Source of the DNA: an uncultured archaeon
GTDB lineage: Archaea > Asgardarchaeota > Lokiarchaeia > Sigyniarchaeales > SOKP01
NCBI GenBank assembly: GCA_964486045.1
Contig: CAZALK010000005.1
Span: 64,001-128,000, forward strand
Length of the DNA stretch: 64,000 nucleotides
Direction: 5' to 3'
Part shown: positions 40,407 through 51,044 of the stretch, one piece after another
Numbering within the stretch: the first letter of the stretch is position 1
Layout of the letters: every line of letters begins with the position of its first letter
The notes under the pieces: generated by a model
Told to the model about the DNA's origin: nothing
Databases searched by the model: none
What the model saw: the letters and a program-made list of their open reading frames with translations, nothing else
Made by a program: the position numbers and the translations under genes

Positions 40407-40455
40407 CTTTTTTTCTCTCATTTTTAAATTTAAAATCTTAAAATGTAGATTTCAT
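40407..40455. repeat. 49-bp direct repeat C, right copy
   Basis: Offset 660 bp from 39747; lies upstream of the CoA-disulfide reductase gene. Confidence 0.85.
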
Positions 40456-40499
40456 TTAATTAATCGTATAAAGTTGAAAGTACAATTTGAGAAATTAAG

Positions 40500-42179
40500 A
40501 TGACAAAGATTGTAATTATAGGTGGAGTTGCTGGAGGTGCCTCAGCTGCAGCACGCCTAAGACGGTTAAAAGAAAGTTTTGAAATAATACTACTTGAAAA
40601 AGGTCCCTATGTTAGTTTTGCTAACTGTGGGCTCCCCTATTATGTTGGTAATATTATTAAAGAACAAAAATCACTTGAACTGGTCTCACCTCGACGATTT
40701 AAGAGTTGGTTTAATATTAATGTGAAGATTAATAATGAAGCAATTTCTATAGAGAAAACTAAAAAACAAGTTCTTGTGAGAGATTTAGGTACTATGCATG
40801 AATATTCTCTTGATTACGATTCTCTTTTAATAGCTACTGGTTCAACTCCTGTTATTCCGCCATTTAAGGGTCTTGAGGATATTCCATTCCATATAATTTG
40901 GACAATTCCAGATGCTGTAAAATTAAAGGAGTTTGTTGAAAAAAATAAAATTGAAGAAGCTGTGATTATTGGTGGAGGATTCATAGGATTAGAAATGGCT
41001 GAAAACTTGGTGGAAAAAGGCATTAAGGTAAAAATTATTGAAATGCTTGATCAAGTTATGCCTTCCATTGATAAAGAAATGGCTCAACTAATTCATAAAG
41101 AATTAAAATTAAACGGAGTTGCCCTAATACTCGAAGATCCCGTAGAATCATTTGCGAGAACTGAAGACGACAAATATACTGTAAAAACAAAAGGTGGAAG
41201 GGAAATTGAAACAGAATTAATTGTAATGGCTGTTGGTATTAAACCAACAAGCAATTTAGCGCTAGATTCGGGATTGGAGTTAAATTCAAAAGGGTATATC
41301 ATAGTAAATGAGTATATGCGAACTTCAGATCCAAATATTTACGCTGTAGGAGATGCTGTTCAAGTAAACCATTATCAAACAAAAGAACCAATCTCAATTG
41401 CATTAGCAGGGCCTGCAAATAAGCAAGGTAGAATTGCTGCGGATAATATCGCTGGAAGGGAAGTTAAATATAAGGGAATTTTAGGTGCATTTGTAATAAA
41501 AGTATTTGATAGTTCTGTTGCTACTGTAGGCCTTACAGAAAAACAATTAAAAAACACAGATATCAATTATGAAAAAGTGTATGTTCATCCAAATAATCAT
41601 GCGGGATATTATCCTGGAGCTACTCCTATTGCTTTAAAGCTCTTGTTTGAAATCCCAAATGGTAGAGTGTTAGGTGCTCAAGCTGTGGGTGGGTCTGGAA
41701 CGGAAAAAAGAATTGATGTTATTTCTGCTGTGATAAAATTTAGAGGGACTGTGTTCGATTTAGAAGAATTAGAATTAACCTATGCTCCCCCCTATAGTTC
41801 AGCAAAAGATCCTGTCAATATGGCTGGATTTGTAGCGTCGAATTTTTTACGGGGAGATATCAAAATTAAACAATGGCATGATATTGATGAATTTAGAAAG
41901 ATCAAAGGTTTTATTTTAGATGTAAGGACCAACAAAGAGTATGAAGCGGGGAAAATTGAAGACTCTGTCAATATTCCGATCCATGAATTGAGAAATCGAT
42001 TAAGCGAGATCCCAAAAGGAAAGCCCGTTATGGTCTATTGTGAAGTTGGGTATAGGAGTTATATCTCAACTCGCATATTATTACAACATGGATTTGAGGA
42101 AGTATTTGAACTTACTGGAGGATTCAAACTCTATGAAACTGCCACTACTAAGACAGAAGATTTTGTCTTTAATTTATAA
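40500..42179 (+). CDS. cdr: CoA-disulfide reductase with C-terminal rhodanese (persulfide reductase-like)
   Basis: GGVAGG, SFANCGLPY, GGGFIGLE, YAPPYS and rhodanese LDVR..YCEVGYRS. Confidence 0.9.
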   Translation: MTKIVIIGGVAGGASAAARLRRLKESFEIILLEKGPYVSFANCGLPYYVGNIIKEQKSLELVSPRRFKSWFNINVKINNEAISIEKTKKQVLVRDLGTMHEYSLDYDSLLIATGSTPVIPPFKGLEDIPFHIIWTIPDAVKLKEFVEKNKIEEAVIIGGGFIGLEMAENLVEKGIKVKIIEMLDQVMPSIDKEMAQLIHKELKLNGVALILEDPVESFARTEDDKYTVKTKGGREIETELIVMAVGIKPTSNLALDSGLELNSKGYIIVNEYMRTSDPNIYAVGDAVQVNHYQTKEPISIALAGPANKQGRIAADNIAGREVKYKGILGAFVIKVFDSSVATVGLTEKQLKNTDINYEKVYVHPNNHAGYYPGATPIALKLLFEIPNGRVLGAQAVGGSGTEKRIDVISAVIKFRGTVFDLEELELTYAPPYSSAKDPVNMAGFVASNFLRGDIKIKQWHDIDEFRKIKGFILDVRTNKEYEAGKIEDSVNIPIHELRNRLSEIPKGKPVMVYCEVGYRSYISTRILLQHGFEEVFELTGGFKLYETATTKTEDFVFNL

Positions 42180-42271
42180 CTATAAAAGATAAAATTTAGT
42201 GGAAATACTTATAAATCCAAGTACATTCAAAAAAATCGACAATTCCAATTTACTGAAAAAGGATAAAAAAT

Positions 42272-42856
42272 ATGAAAGAAACACCAAAAAAATTATTTGC
42301 TGCTTATGTAGGAGAATCTCAAGCTAGAAATAGATATACTTTCTTTTCTAAAATTGCTAAGAAAGAGGGATACATGCTAGTTTCAAAGATTTTTGAGGAA
42401 ACTGCAGATCAAGAAAAAACCCATGGAAGCTGGTTCTACAAAATGTTGCAAGAATTCAAAAAAGAAGAAAAATTTGATGACTTTAATGTTAACGAGATGT
42501 ATCCCACGACTTACGGGAGTACAATCGAAAATTTGAAATCTGCTATAAATGGAGAGACTATGGAATATACTAAACTTTATCCCGATATAGCAGATACTGC
42601 TAAAAAAGAAGGATATCTCAATGTTGCTAATAGAACCTCGGCTATTGCGCGCGCTGAACAGCATCATGCTGAACGCTATGGAAAGCTATTAAAGTTAATA
42701 GATGATGATATCTTTTTTAAACGAGGAGAAAAGGTCGTGTGGATATGTTTAGAGTGCGGTTATGAAGTGGAATTGGATGAGCTTCCGGAAGATTGGATCT
42801 GCCCAAGTTGTTCACATCCACGAGCATATTTCAGAAAGAAGAGTGAAGAATTCTAA
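42272..42856 (+). CDS. rbr: Rubrerythrin
   Basis: GESQA, EKTH and EQHH di-iron ligands; C-terminal CLEC..CPSC. Confidence 0.92.
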   Translation: MKETPKKLFAAYVGESQARNRYTFFSKIAKKEGYMLVSKIFEETADQEKTHGSWFYKMLQEFKKEEKFDDFNVNEMYPTTYGSTIENLKSAINGETMEYTKLYPDIADTAKKEGYLNVANRTSAIARAEQHHAERYGKLLKLIDDDIFFKRGEKVVWICLECGYEVELDELPEDWICPSCSHPRAYFRKKSEEF

Positions 42857-42957
42857 AGTATTGGATGAATTTTATATATTTTAATCAAAACCATTAAATA
42901 ATATTGTATAAATTAATAGAATCAACTAATCTCGATATATTTGATAGTGAGAAAAGT

Positions 42958-43350
42958 ATGAACCAAAAAAATATTTTTAAATGCAATGTGTGTGGAAAAG
43001 TAATTGAAATCCTTAATCCAGGTGCTCCTGAAACTGTTTGTTGCGGACAACCGATGGTTTTAATGGAAGAAAAGACCGCAGATTGGAAAGGTGAGAAGCA
43101 TGTTCCCAAGATTACTATTGATGGGAATAAGGTCACTGTAGATGTTGGAATTTCTATGGGAACTCCACATCCTATGACTGATGAACACTATATCATGTGG
43201 ATTGAATTAATCTGTGTAAAAAATTGCTATAAAAGGCAGATGTTAAAACCTGGTATGGAACCGAGAGCAACTTTTACTGTTGCGGATACTACCGGATTAA
43301 AGGCTCGAGAGTATTGCAACCTTCATGGGCTCTGGGTAGGGACAGAATAA
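42958..43350 (+). CDS. dfx: Desulfoferrodoxin (2Fe superoxide reductase)
   Basis: CNVC..CCGQPM, EKHVP, HPM..HYI and CNLHG; start set at ATG 42958. Confidence 0.92.
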   Translation: MNQKNIFKCNVCGKVIEILNPGAPETVCCGQPMVLMEEKTADWKGEKHVPKITIDGNKVTVDVGISMGTPHPMTDEHYIMWIELICVKNCYKRQMLKPGMEPRATFTVADTTGLKAREYCNLHGLWVGTE

Positions 43351-43570
43351 ATTAATACCTAATTTTTTTTTTATTTTTGATTATTTCTAAGCTTCGAAAC
43401 AAAAATTTACAGATTAAGTCATTTTCTAACATGGTAATGTATTGTGATAATCTAAGTATTTAAAAAAAAGCATTTTAAGAAAGATAGTTTACTTTTTTCT
43501 TTTTAAATCTAAAATTTTAATATAATCCAACCATAATTATAATTTAACAAAAATCCTAATAGTGAGATAA

Positions 43571-45616
43571 TTGAAAATACAAAAATTTAGTGCTATTTTA
43601 GTTTTAATGTTAATTTTTTGGGGGGTTTTAGCTATAATTGTTCCCAGTAGTCCATCGAATTATCAAACCATTGATAAAAAAAGTGGGGAGAAGGCGGAAA
43701 GCCAATTTATTGACTTAGTGGAAAACTCCCTTGAAGAAATTAGATCAAAAGATCCCGCTAGCTTAACCTCAAGAACAGCATATGCGATCTTAGTTGGAAT
43801 TGCAGATTATCCTGGCACTGTTGATGATCTACGATATTCTGCTTCTGATGCCATTTTAATGCGGTCATTACTGGTAAATAGATATCAGTTTGAAACAGGG
43901 AATATAATATTACTCAGAAATTCTGAAGCTACAAAAAGCGGAATTATGAGTGCTTTCTTACAAATTGAGGCTGTAATCGGTTCTGATGACGTTTTTCTCT
44001 TTTTTTATTCAGGTCATGGCGGTGAAGGGGGTGGAGCATACCATTTTATTGCTCCGTATGATTATTTCCCCTCTAACTACTTCTATGACCTTGAGTTAGA
44101 TGTATTTCTTGATCGGGTGGCTTGTGCTCAACAATATGTTTTAATTGATGCCTGTAATAGCGGAGGATTCATTCCAGAAGTACAGGCTCCAAACAGGTTT
44201 ATTATGACTGCATCTACAGCGACACAATTAAGTTGGGAGACTACTGGGTTACACCACGGTGTATTCACCTATCATTTTCAGGCTTCAATATACGGTGCTC
44301 CAGATTCAAATGGTGATGGTGCACTCTCTATGGAAGAACAATTTGCTCATCTTCGACCTGCGACTATTAATTACATGCTTGGTTTTGGTGAATTACAACA
44401 ACCCACTAAATATGACGGAATCTCAGGACACGCAGTATTATTTCCATCAATAGGTAAACTTACATTTATATTTAATGAAAATTTTTTAAATTATTCATTC
44501 CATGTCTATGGACACGGTGAGGTTATTACCCTAAACCTAACAGTGGGCTCTATATCTCAAGGAAATGTAGTTATTAAGGAGGATTTAACAGATTACTCAC
44601 CAACGAGTTCTGGGTTTGGTTATTATACGGGTTCAGTGGATTTAGGATTGGGAAATAACGTCTCCGGATACGAATTCATAGCTCAAATAGACGCGAGTAC
44701 ATTAATATCTTTTAGCAAATCTTATGGAGATTCAGATGGTGATGGTTTAAATGATATATTTGAGATCCTTCATACCAATGGGACAAGTCCTGCAACTAAT
44801 GATACAGATTCTGATGGTTTAGATGATTATACTGAATTTTACGGAAGCACAAATGCAACCAATAGTGATTCGGATTATGACGGTATGCCAGATGGGTATG
44901 AGGTAAACAATGGATTAAATCCCTTAGTAAACGATAGTCACTTAGATCTTGATAGTGATAGTTTAGAGAACTTCTTTGAATATACACTCGGAACCATGGT
45001 AAATGATGAGGATACCGATGGAGATCTGATGAATGACGGGTATGAATATAATTACGGATTAGATTATTTTCAAGATGATGCAAGTTCTGACTTAGATAAC
45101 GACACTTTATCTAATTTAATCGAGTGTCAGCTTAATTCTAATCCCAACAATACCGACACAGATGGAGATACTATGTCTGATGCATATGAATATAACCATA
45201 ATTTAGACTTACTTATAGATGATAGAAATTCTGATTTCGACGGAGACGGATTAAATAATTTTCTAGAATACCAAATTGGATCAAGACCAGACTTGATGGA
45301 TACCGATAGTGATGCAATGCCTGATTGGTGGGAATACCACAATAATTTAGATTTAAATTTTAATGATGCCTTATTAGATCCCGATAGTGATACACTCACC
45401 AATTTACAGGAGTTTGTTCTTAACACTAATCCTCATTTGGCTGATACCGATGGAGATACATGGGAGGATAATCTAGAAATCGATCATGGCACTGATCCTT
45501 TAGACCCAGACGATTTCCCTCAGCTAGAGAACGCAATACCTAGTTTCGATCTATATATCACCATAGTTATAATGGGAATTGGAACGACAATACTTATTAA
45601 GAAATATAAGAAGTAA
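43571..45616 (+). CDS. Membrane-anchored secreted caspase-family (C14) protease with Ca-binding DxDxDG repeats
   Basis: Signal peptide; FYSGHG and IDACNSG dyad; many D[ST]DGDG repeats; IPSF-TM-KKYKK tail. Confidence 0.85.
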   Translation: MKIQKFSAILVLMLIFWGVLAIIVPSSPSNYQTIDKKSGEKAESQFIDLVENSLEEIRSKDPASLTSRTAYAILVGIADYPGTVDDLRYSASDAILMRSLLVNRYQFETGNIILLRNSEATKSGIMSAFLQIEAVIGSDDVFLFFYSGHGGEGGGAYHFIAPYDYFPSNYFYDLELDVFLDRVACAQQYVLIDACNSGGFIPEVQAPNRFIMTASTATQLSWETTGLHHGVFTYHFQASIYGAPDSNGDGALSMEEQFAHLRPATINYMLGFGELQQPTKYDGISGHAVLFPSIGKLTFIFNENFLNYSFHVYGHGEVITLNLTVGSISQGNVVIKEDLTDYSPTSSGFGYYTGSVDLGLGNNVSGYEFIAQIDASTLISFSKSYGDSDGDGLNDIFEILHTNGTSPATNDTDSDGLDDYTEFYGSTNATNSDSDYDGMPDGYEVNNGLNPLVNDSHLDLDSDSLENFFEYTLGTMVNDEDTDGDLMNDGYEYNYGLDYFQDDASSDLDNDTLSNLIECQLNSNPNNTDTDGDTMSDAYEYNHNLDLLIDDRNSDFDGDGLNNFLEYQIGSRPDLMDTDSDAMPDWWEYHNNLDLNFNDALLDPDSDTLTNLQEFVLNTNPHLADTDGDTWEDNLEIDHGTDPLDPDDFPQLENAIPSFDLYITIVIMGIGTTILIKKYKK

Positions 45617-45825
45617 CAATTTCTTATTTTCATACACCCTAAACTTTTTTTTTATTTATAGAATGTTATAAAATAATGAAATTTTAAGATAATAAAACAC
45701 AGTTATTTATATTAAATTTAATTATTCTGTTATTTAATGGAAGAATGATTTTATATCTGTAATTATTTGTTATTATCTGTTTTATTATTGTCATTATTGC
45801 CCTTTTTCGGGAAAAAACGGATTTT

Positions 45826-47109
45826 TTGACATATAGTGTAGCCGCGATGCTAGCTGCGGCTACGGCTATGTTTCTTTTCTCACCTGTGCCTTTTTCTATT
45901 GATGAATTTATTCTCTCAATAGATTGGCCTGTTATTTTTTTCTTGATTTCTTTATTTACGATAGTTGTTATTTTAGAGGAGCAGCATATTTTTCAGGAAA
46001 TAGCATTGAGAATAACCAAAAAATTTGGTACAAACACTCGTAAGTTTTTTTGGGTAATATGCTTAATCTCGACATTGAGTGCTGCTTTTATTGAAGATGT
46101 TTCTGTTGCGATTATATTTATTCCCATGATTGTTAGAACAAGTGAGAAGATGAAAATTAACCCTACACCAATTCTTCTTGGAACGACGATATGTATTAAC
46201 CTTGCCTCAACTCTAACCCCTTTCGGATCTGCAGAGAATATTTTGATAGCAAATAAGTTTGGACTCACTACCACCTGGTTTTTTACAAATTTATCAATAT
46301 ATTTCATTATTGGTACTTTATTAACTCTATTTCTTTTAGATTATTTCGTTCTCAGAAAGCACTTAGATGAAATTTGGATTCCACACTGTGAAGAATATGA
46401 TGAACCTTTAGAAAGCGTACACATGAAAGAGCATGAATTAGTAATCTTAGAAGAGTCAATTAATCCAAGGATTTTTTATCGCAATTTATTTGCTTTATTC
46501 ATCTTTTTTATTTTACTTATGGTTATTCCAGATATTTTATTCATTGGGCTTTTAGGAATGTTAATATTCGTGTTTATTAATCCAAGAAGAGGTGAAGCCG
46601 GTAAAAAAAAACCAGACATTTCCTATTACTTTACTAAAGTAGATTTTAAGTTACCATTCTTTTTTATAAGCCTGTTTGTTCTTATATTTTGTTTTGATAA
46701 AGTAGGACTTATTGGGATTATATCAGATTTTGTGGTTACCATAGCACCAAACAATATCTTCATACTAAGTGTAATCGTATTAATTTTAACGTCTGTTCTT
46801 TCCGGATTTCTTGATAATATTCCAGTTACAGTTCTTTTTATACCGATAATAAATGTTTTAATTGACCCGTTAGGGCTTGGTTTTTCTCAAATTCCCTTGT
46901 TAATAGCATTTATTTTAGGTATTAATTTAGGGGGGAATTTCCTGCCTCAAGGAAGCGCTGCTGATATGATGACATTGGAACTATCTAAAAAATATTGTGT
47001 TGATGAGATGAATTACAGGAAATTATTAAAGACAGGGGGGTTATTTGCTCTTTTACATATCATTTTGGGAATTTCTTATCTTGGAATTATAATATTTTTA
47101 TTCTTCTAA
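45826..47109 (+). CDS. ArsB/NhaD/SLC13-family permease (5' end disrupted or mis-started)
   Basis: IDWPVIFF, LSAFIED, TPFGSAEN, SGFLDNIP, NLGGN. A further in-frame TM helix lies upstream, back to TAA 45760. Confidence 0.82.
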   Translation: MTYSVAAMLAAATAMFLFSPVPFSIDEFILSIDWPVIFFLISLFTIVVILEEQHIFQEIALRITKKFGTNTRKFFWVICLISTLSAAFIEDVSVAIIFIPMIVRTSEKMKINPTPILLGTTICINLASTLTPFGSAENILIANKFGLTTTWFFTNLSIYFIIGTLLTLFLLDYFVLRKHLDEIWIPHCEEYDEPLESVHMKEHELVILEESINPRIFYRNLFALFIFFILLMVIPDILFIGLLGMLIFVFINPRRGEAGKKKPDISYYFTKVDFKLPFFFISLFVLIFCFDKVGLIGIISDFVVTIAPNNIFILSVIVLILTSVLSGFLDNIPVTVLFIPIINVLIDPLGLGFSQIPLLIAFILGINLGGNFLPQGSAADMMTLELSKKYCVDEMNYRKLLKTGGLFALLHIILGISYLGIIIFLFF

Positions 47110-47154
47110 GAAATTAATGAGTTAAATCATAAATGCAAGTTATATTGTTATATT

Positions 47155-47703
47155 ATGACTAAAAATAAGGCAATAATTTTAGATAGAGATGGAACATTAA
47201 TAGAAGATAGAAATTACGCATATAAGATCGAAGATCTAGTACTCTTACCGGGAGTAATTGATGGGTTAAAAATCCTACAAGAAGAATTTATATTCTTTAT
47301 AGTAACCAATCAATCAGGAATAGGTAGAGGATATTACACTGAAGAAGATTTCCATAAATTCAATAATCACCTAATTCAAATACTCAAAAGTGAAAATATT
47401 GAAATTCTTAAAACTTATTTCTGTCCTCATTTAAGGGAAGATAACTGTGATTGCAGAAAACCAAAGACTAAATTTATAGAAGAGATAATCAATGATTTTG
47501 ATGTTAACATCAAAGAGTCATGGATGTTTGGTGATCATCCCTCGGATATGCAATTTGGGATAAACTCAGGTTGCAGAACAGTATTCCTCACTACAGGTCA
47601 TGGTAAAAACCATATTGACGAAGTAAAATCCCTAAAAGTCAAACCAATAATAATTTCTAATGATTTTTTATCAGCAGCTGAAGAATTATTAAATTTTAAA
47701 TAA
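47155..47703 (+). CDS. gmhB: HAD-IIIA phosphatase (GmhB/HisB-like)
   Basis: LDRDGT, TNQSGIGRG, CPH..CDCRKP and GD..SD motifs. Confidence 0.8.
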   Translation: MTKNKAIILDRDGTLIEDRNYAYKIEDLVLLPGVIDGLKILQEEFIFFIVTNQSGIGRGYYTEEDFHKFNNHLIQILKSENIEILKTYFCPHLREDNCDCRKPKTKFIEEIINDFDVNIKESWMFGDHPSDMQFGINSGCRTVFLTTGHGKNHIDEVKSLKVKPIIISNDFLSAAEELLNFK

Positions 47704-47792
47704 TTTCTTTACGATAGTAAGCGATCATTATAAAAAGATCCATTTCCTTTAATCATTTAATATATTAGGTATGAATATATTTTGAGGATCTC

Positions 47793-48281
47793 ATGTATTA
47801 CAGAAAGATAAATAATGCTGTAATGTGGAAGAATATTCAGAAATTACGGGATCTTATCAAATTGACTCATAACTTTAAGGAGAGATTTTGTTGGAAGTGT
47901 GGTAAAGATCTCAATATATATGATTTTTTGAGCGATAACGTTGATTTTACCGCCGATTATATTTTAAAATTATGGCAAGCTCCAACCTTGGAATTCCACT
48001 GTTGTGAGTGCTTTAAAAATCTCAAAATTGGTGAATTCAAAAAAATAGAGCAAGAGAAGAATCAGAGAATCTGTCTAAATTGCCATAAAATTATTGATAT
48101 TTATAAATTTAGTAAATTTCATGACTATTTAAAAATACATGAATTACGAGACCTTTGGTTAGATAGTCATTTTAAGGTTTTTTGCGATAATTTATGCCAA
48201 AGAAAATACTATAAGATTTACTATGACTTTCTTAAAGAGAGAAAAAGAAAAAAACAAAGACAATTAGCGAGAAATTTATAA
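47793..48281 (+). CDS. Hypothetical protein with two Zn-finger-like Cys clusters
   Basis: CWKC..CCEC and CLNC..CDNLC in duplicated modules. Confidence 0.7.
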   Translation: MYYRKINNAVMWKNIQKLRDLIKLTHNFKERFCWKCGKDLNIYDFLSDNVDFTADYILKLWQAPTLEFHCCECFKNLKIGEFKKIEQEKNQRICLNCHKIIDIYKFSKFHDYLKIHELRDLWLDSHFKVFCDNLCQRKYYKIYYDFLKERKRKKQRQLARNL

Positions 48282-48286
48282 AAATT

Positions 48287-49696
48287 TTAAATTTTGGATA
48301 ATTGGTTTTTGGTAGCTCCACATACGGGACAATGCCAATCATCTGGAAGATTTCTAAAAGGGGTTCCTGGAGCAATTCCGCTATCAGGATCTCCTTTAAC
48401 TGGGTTATACACAAATCCACAGACTTGACATTTATATTTTCCCCCGAGTTCTTCACTTGTCTGTAACACCTTTGGGGCTGGTTCACCTTCTTTTTTCTCG
48501 ACACTTATTTCTTCTCTTGGTAATTCAAATAAGTTGGGCATAGCATGTTCATATTGCTTTAATATAAAGCGAGAAATAACAATTCTTTGAATTTCTGAAG
48601 TTCCTTCGTAGATCTGGTATAACTTTGCATCCCTGAACAATTTTTCAACCGGAAATGTTCTAACATATCCATAGCCACCAAAAATTTGAATAGCTTCAGT
48701 TGTAACTTTCATTGCGACATCAGAAGCAAATGCTTTTGCTATAGAAGATGTTAGATTACTATTACGACCTTGATCTCCTTCCCATGCCGCCTTATAAGTT
48801 AACAATCTAGCAGCTTCAATATCTTTATACATATTAGCAATTTTAAATTGAATAGCCTGATAATTCGCAATTGGTCTTCCAAAGGTTTTTCTTTTAAGAG
48901 CATAATCCATGGAATATTCCATAGCAGATCTAGCGCATCCTATTGCAAATGCTGCAACAGCAGGTCTTGTTTTTTGAAATGTTTGCATTGCAACAACAAA
49001 ACCTCTTCCTGGTTTTGCTAAAACATTCTCTTTTGGGATTTTAACATCTTTTAAGACAATAGAACAAGTGTTCGACGCTCGTTGACCAAGTTTAGGAATA
49101 TGTTGCCCTGTGGATACTCCTTCAAGATCTGTAGGTACAATAAACCCCGCAATTCCACGATGTTTCTTTTCAGGATCTACAGTAGCAAATATCGAAACAT
49201 AATCAGCATATCCAGCATTAGTAATCCAATATTTTGTTCCGTTTAAAATGAAACCGTCTCCATCTTCTTCTGCTCGACATTGCATTCCTGCTACGTCAGA
49301 TCCCATTCCTGGTTCAGAAGTAGCAAATGCAATTAATTTGAAATTCTTTGTTATGTCTGTTAGAATTCTTTCTTTTTGTTCTTTTTTTCCACCAATAACA
49401 ATCGGTGCTGAACCTAAATCGTTATCGAACACAGAAGTAGCTATTCCAGGACATGCTGCCGCAATTTCTTCAACAACAATTACAGATTCAACTAAACCAT
49501 AACCTTGTCCACCATATTCCTTTGGAATACCTAAATTGGTTAATCCTGCCTTCCAGGCTTTTTTAATAACATCCATAGGCATCATTTCTGCCTCATCATA
49601 ACTAGCAGCTACTGGTAATACCACTTTTACAGCAAATTCTCTGGCCTTTTTTTGTAAAGCTTTTTGGTCTTCTGTTAAATCAAAATCCACAATCAA
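48287..49696 (-). CDS. Acyl-CoA dehydrogenase fused to a C-terminal rubredoxin
   Basis: [25 protein letters not shown] and IYEGTSEIQ, then a linker and YKCQVCG..WHCPVCG. Confidence 0.92.
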   Translation of the reverse strand: MIVDFDLTEDQKALQKKAREFAVKVVLPVAASYDEAEMMPMDVIKKAWKAGLTNLGIPKEYGGQGYGLVESVIVVEEIAAACPGIATSVFDNDLGSAPIVIGGKKEQKERILTDITKNFKLIAFATSEPGMGSDVAGMQCRAEEDGDGFILNGTKYWITNAGYADYVSIFATVDPEKKHRGIAGFIVPTDLEGVSTGQHIPKLGQRASNTCSIVLKDVKIPKENVLAKPGRGFVVAMQTFQKTRPAVAAFAIGCARSAMEYSMDYALKRKTFGRPIANYQAIQFKIANMYKDIEAARLLTYKAAWEGDQGRNSNLTSSIAKAFASDVAMKVTTEAIQIFGGYGYVRTFPVEKLFRDAKLYQIYEGTSEIQRIVISRFILKQYEHAMPNLFELPREEISVEKKEGEPAPKVLQTSEELGGKYKCQVCGFVYNPVKGDPDSGIAPGTPFRNLPDDWHCPVCGATKNQLSKI

Positions 49697-49707
49697 TACC
49701 TCTTACT

Positions 49708-50925
49708 TTATCCCATTTTTTCAATTAATTTATCAATAATTTCTTTAAAATCTAAATCTTCTTTTTTAGGAACAAATTTAATTTCAATTCTTTCATCTAT
49801 AACTTCTATCCCTGCAGCCTTTAACTCTTTTATAATTTCATCGACAGCCCCAGCACTCCAACCATAAGACCCAAAAGCTAATCCTATTTTATTTATTGGT
49901 TTGAGCCCTCTTTGATAGACTAAGTATTCAGCCACAGATGGATAGATTGTTTTATTTAAAGTAGGACTTCCCACTAAAATAGCTCTAGCTTTCATGGCTT
50001 CTGTGATAACATCAGAGAAATCTGAACTAAATAGTCGAAATCTTCTCACTGGAATTCCCCTTTTACTAATTTCATTATATAATGCTAGTGCTATTTTTTC
50101 AGTACTACCCCACATTGTATCATAAATGATTAATACACTATTTTCCTCAATTTCTCCTTTTGACCATTGTTGATATTTTTTAATTATATTAGGAATATGC
50201 TTTTTCCAACAAACCCCATGTGAGGGGCAAATGACATCAATTGGTAAAGATCCTATCTTTAGGAGAGCTTTGGCAATTAAATTCGATAAATAAAGCAAAA
50301 TATTTGCATAATATTTTTCAGCCTCCTCCATTATAACTCCTAGATCATTTTCTTCATCCCAAATTTGGGAAACTGCAATATGTTGCCCAAAAGCATCATT
50401 AGAAAACAAAATATTATCTCCATCATCATCCATCATGAATGAAACCATTGAATCTGGCCAGTGAATCATTGGAACTGGTACAAATGTAATTACTTTTCCA
50501 TTACCAATGTCAATAGTATCCCCCTCCTTGACTGCTCGAATTTTGTTAAAAATTTCTGCTTCAACTTCTTCATGGTAGTGAAGCTTAAGATTTTCCACAC
50601 CGATTTTTGATGCTATTATTTCAGCATTGGGAAGGTGTTTAAGAATGAGTGGAAATGATCCTGAATGGTCTGGCTCTACATGATTTACAATAAAATATTC
50701 GATTTCCTCAGGATTGCAAATAGATTTGATGTTTTTTAAATAATCTTCGAAATATGTACGTTTAACGGAATCGATTAATGTTATTTTGTCACCTTTAACG
50801 ATGTAAGCGTTGTATGATGTACCCCTGTGAGTGCTGTACCCGTGGAAATTGCGAACCTCCCAATCAACATAACCAACAAAGAAAACGTCTTTCAATATTT
50901 CAAGGTTTTTCATTTTACTTTTCAC
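49708..50925 (-). CDS. fprA: Flavodiiron protein (FprA, A-type flavoprotein)
   Basis: HVEPDHSG, HWPDS, DAFGQH, PSHG and flavodoxin motifs DTMWGST and GSYGW. Confidence 0.93.
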   Translation of the reverse strand: MKSKMKNLEILKDVFFVGYVDWEVRNFHGYSTHRGTSYNAYIVKGDKITLIDSVKRTYFEDYLKNIKSICNPEEIEYFIVNHVEPDHSGSFPLILKHLPNAEIIASKIGVENLKLHYHEEVEAEIFNKIRAVKEGDTIDIGNGKVITFVPVPMIHWPDSMVSFMMDDDGDNILFSNDAFGQHIAVSQIWDEENDLGVIMEEAEKYYANILLYLSNLIAKALLKIGSLPIDVICPSHGVCWKKHIPNIIKKYQQWSKGEIEENSVLIIYDTMWGSTEKIALALYNEISKRGIPVRRFRLFSSDFSDVITEAMKARAILVGSPTLNKTIYPSVAEYLVYQRGLKPINKIGLAFGSYGWSAGAVDEIIKELKAAGIEVIDERIEIKFVPKKEDLDFKEIIDKLIEKMG

Positions 50926-51044
50926 TCTAATCTTTAGGATTCGTTGATTTTTTATTATTAATTAAAATCAAATTAAAAACTTATATTCTATTGATTATAA
51001 ATGTTTCAGAAATTAAACAGAAAAAATATAAAAAAAAGTGTTAT

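Noticed and set aside
44720-45510. Repetitive DNA as a possible CRISPR or tandem array
   Set aside because: These are degenerate coding repeats of DxDxDG motifs inside the caspase ORF, with no identical repeats or spacers
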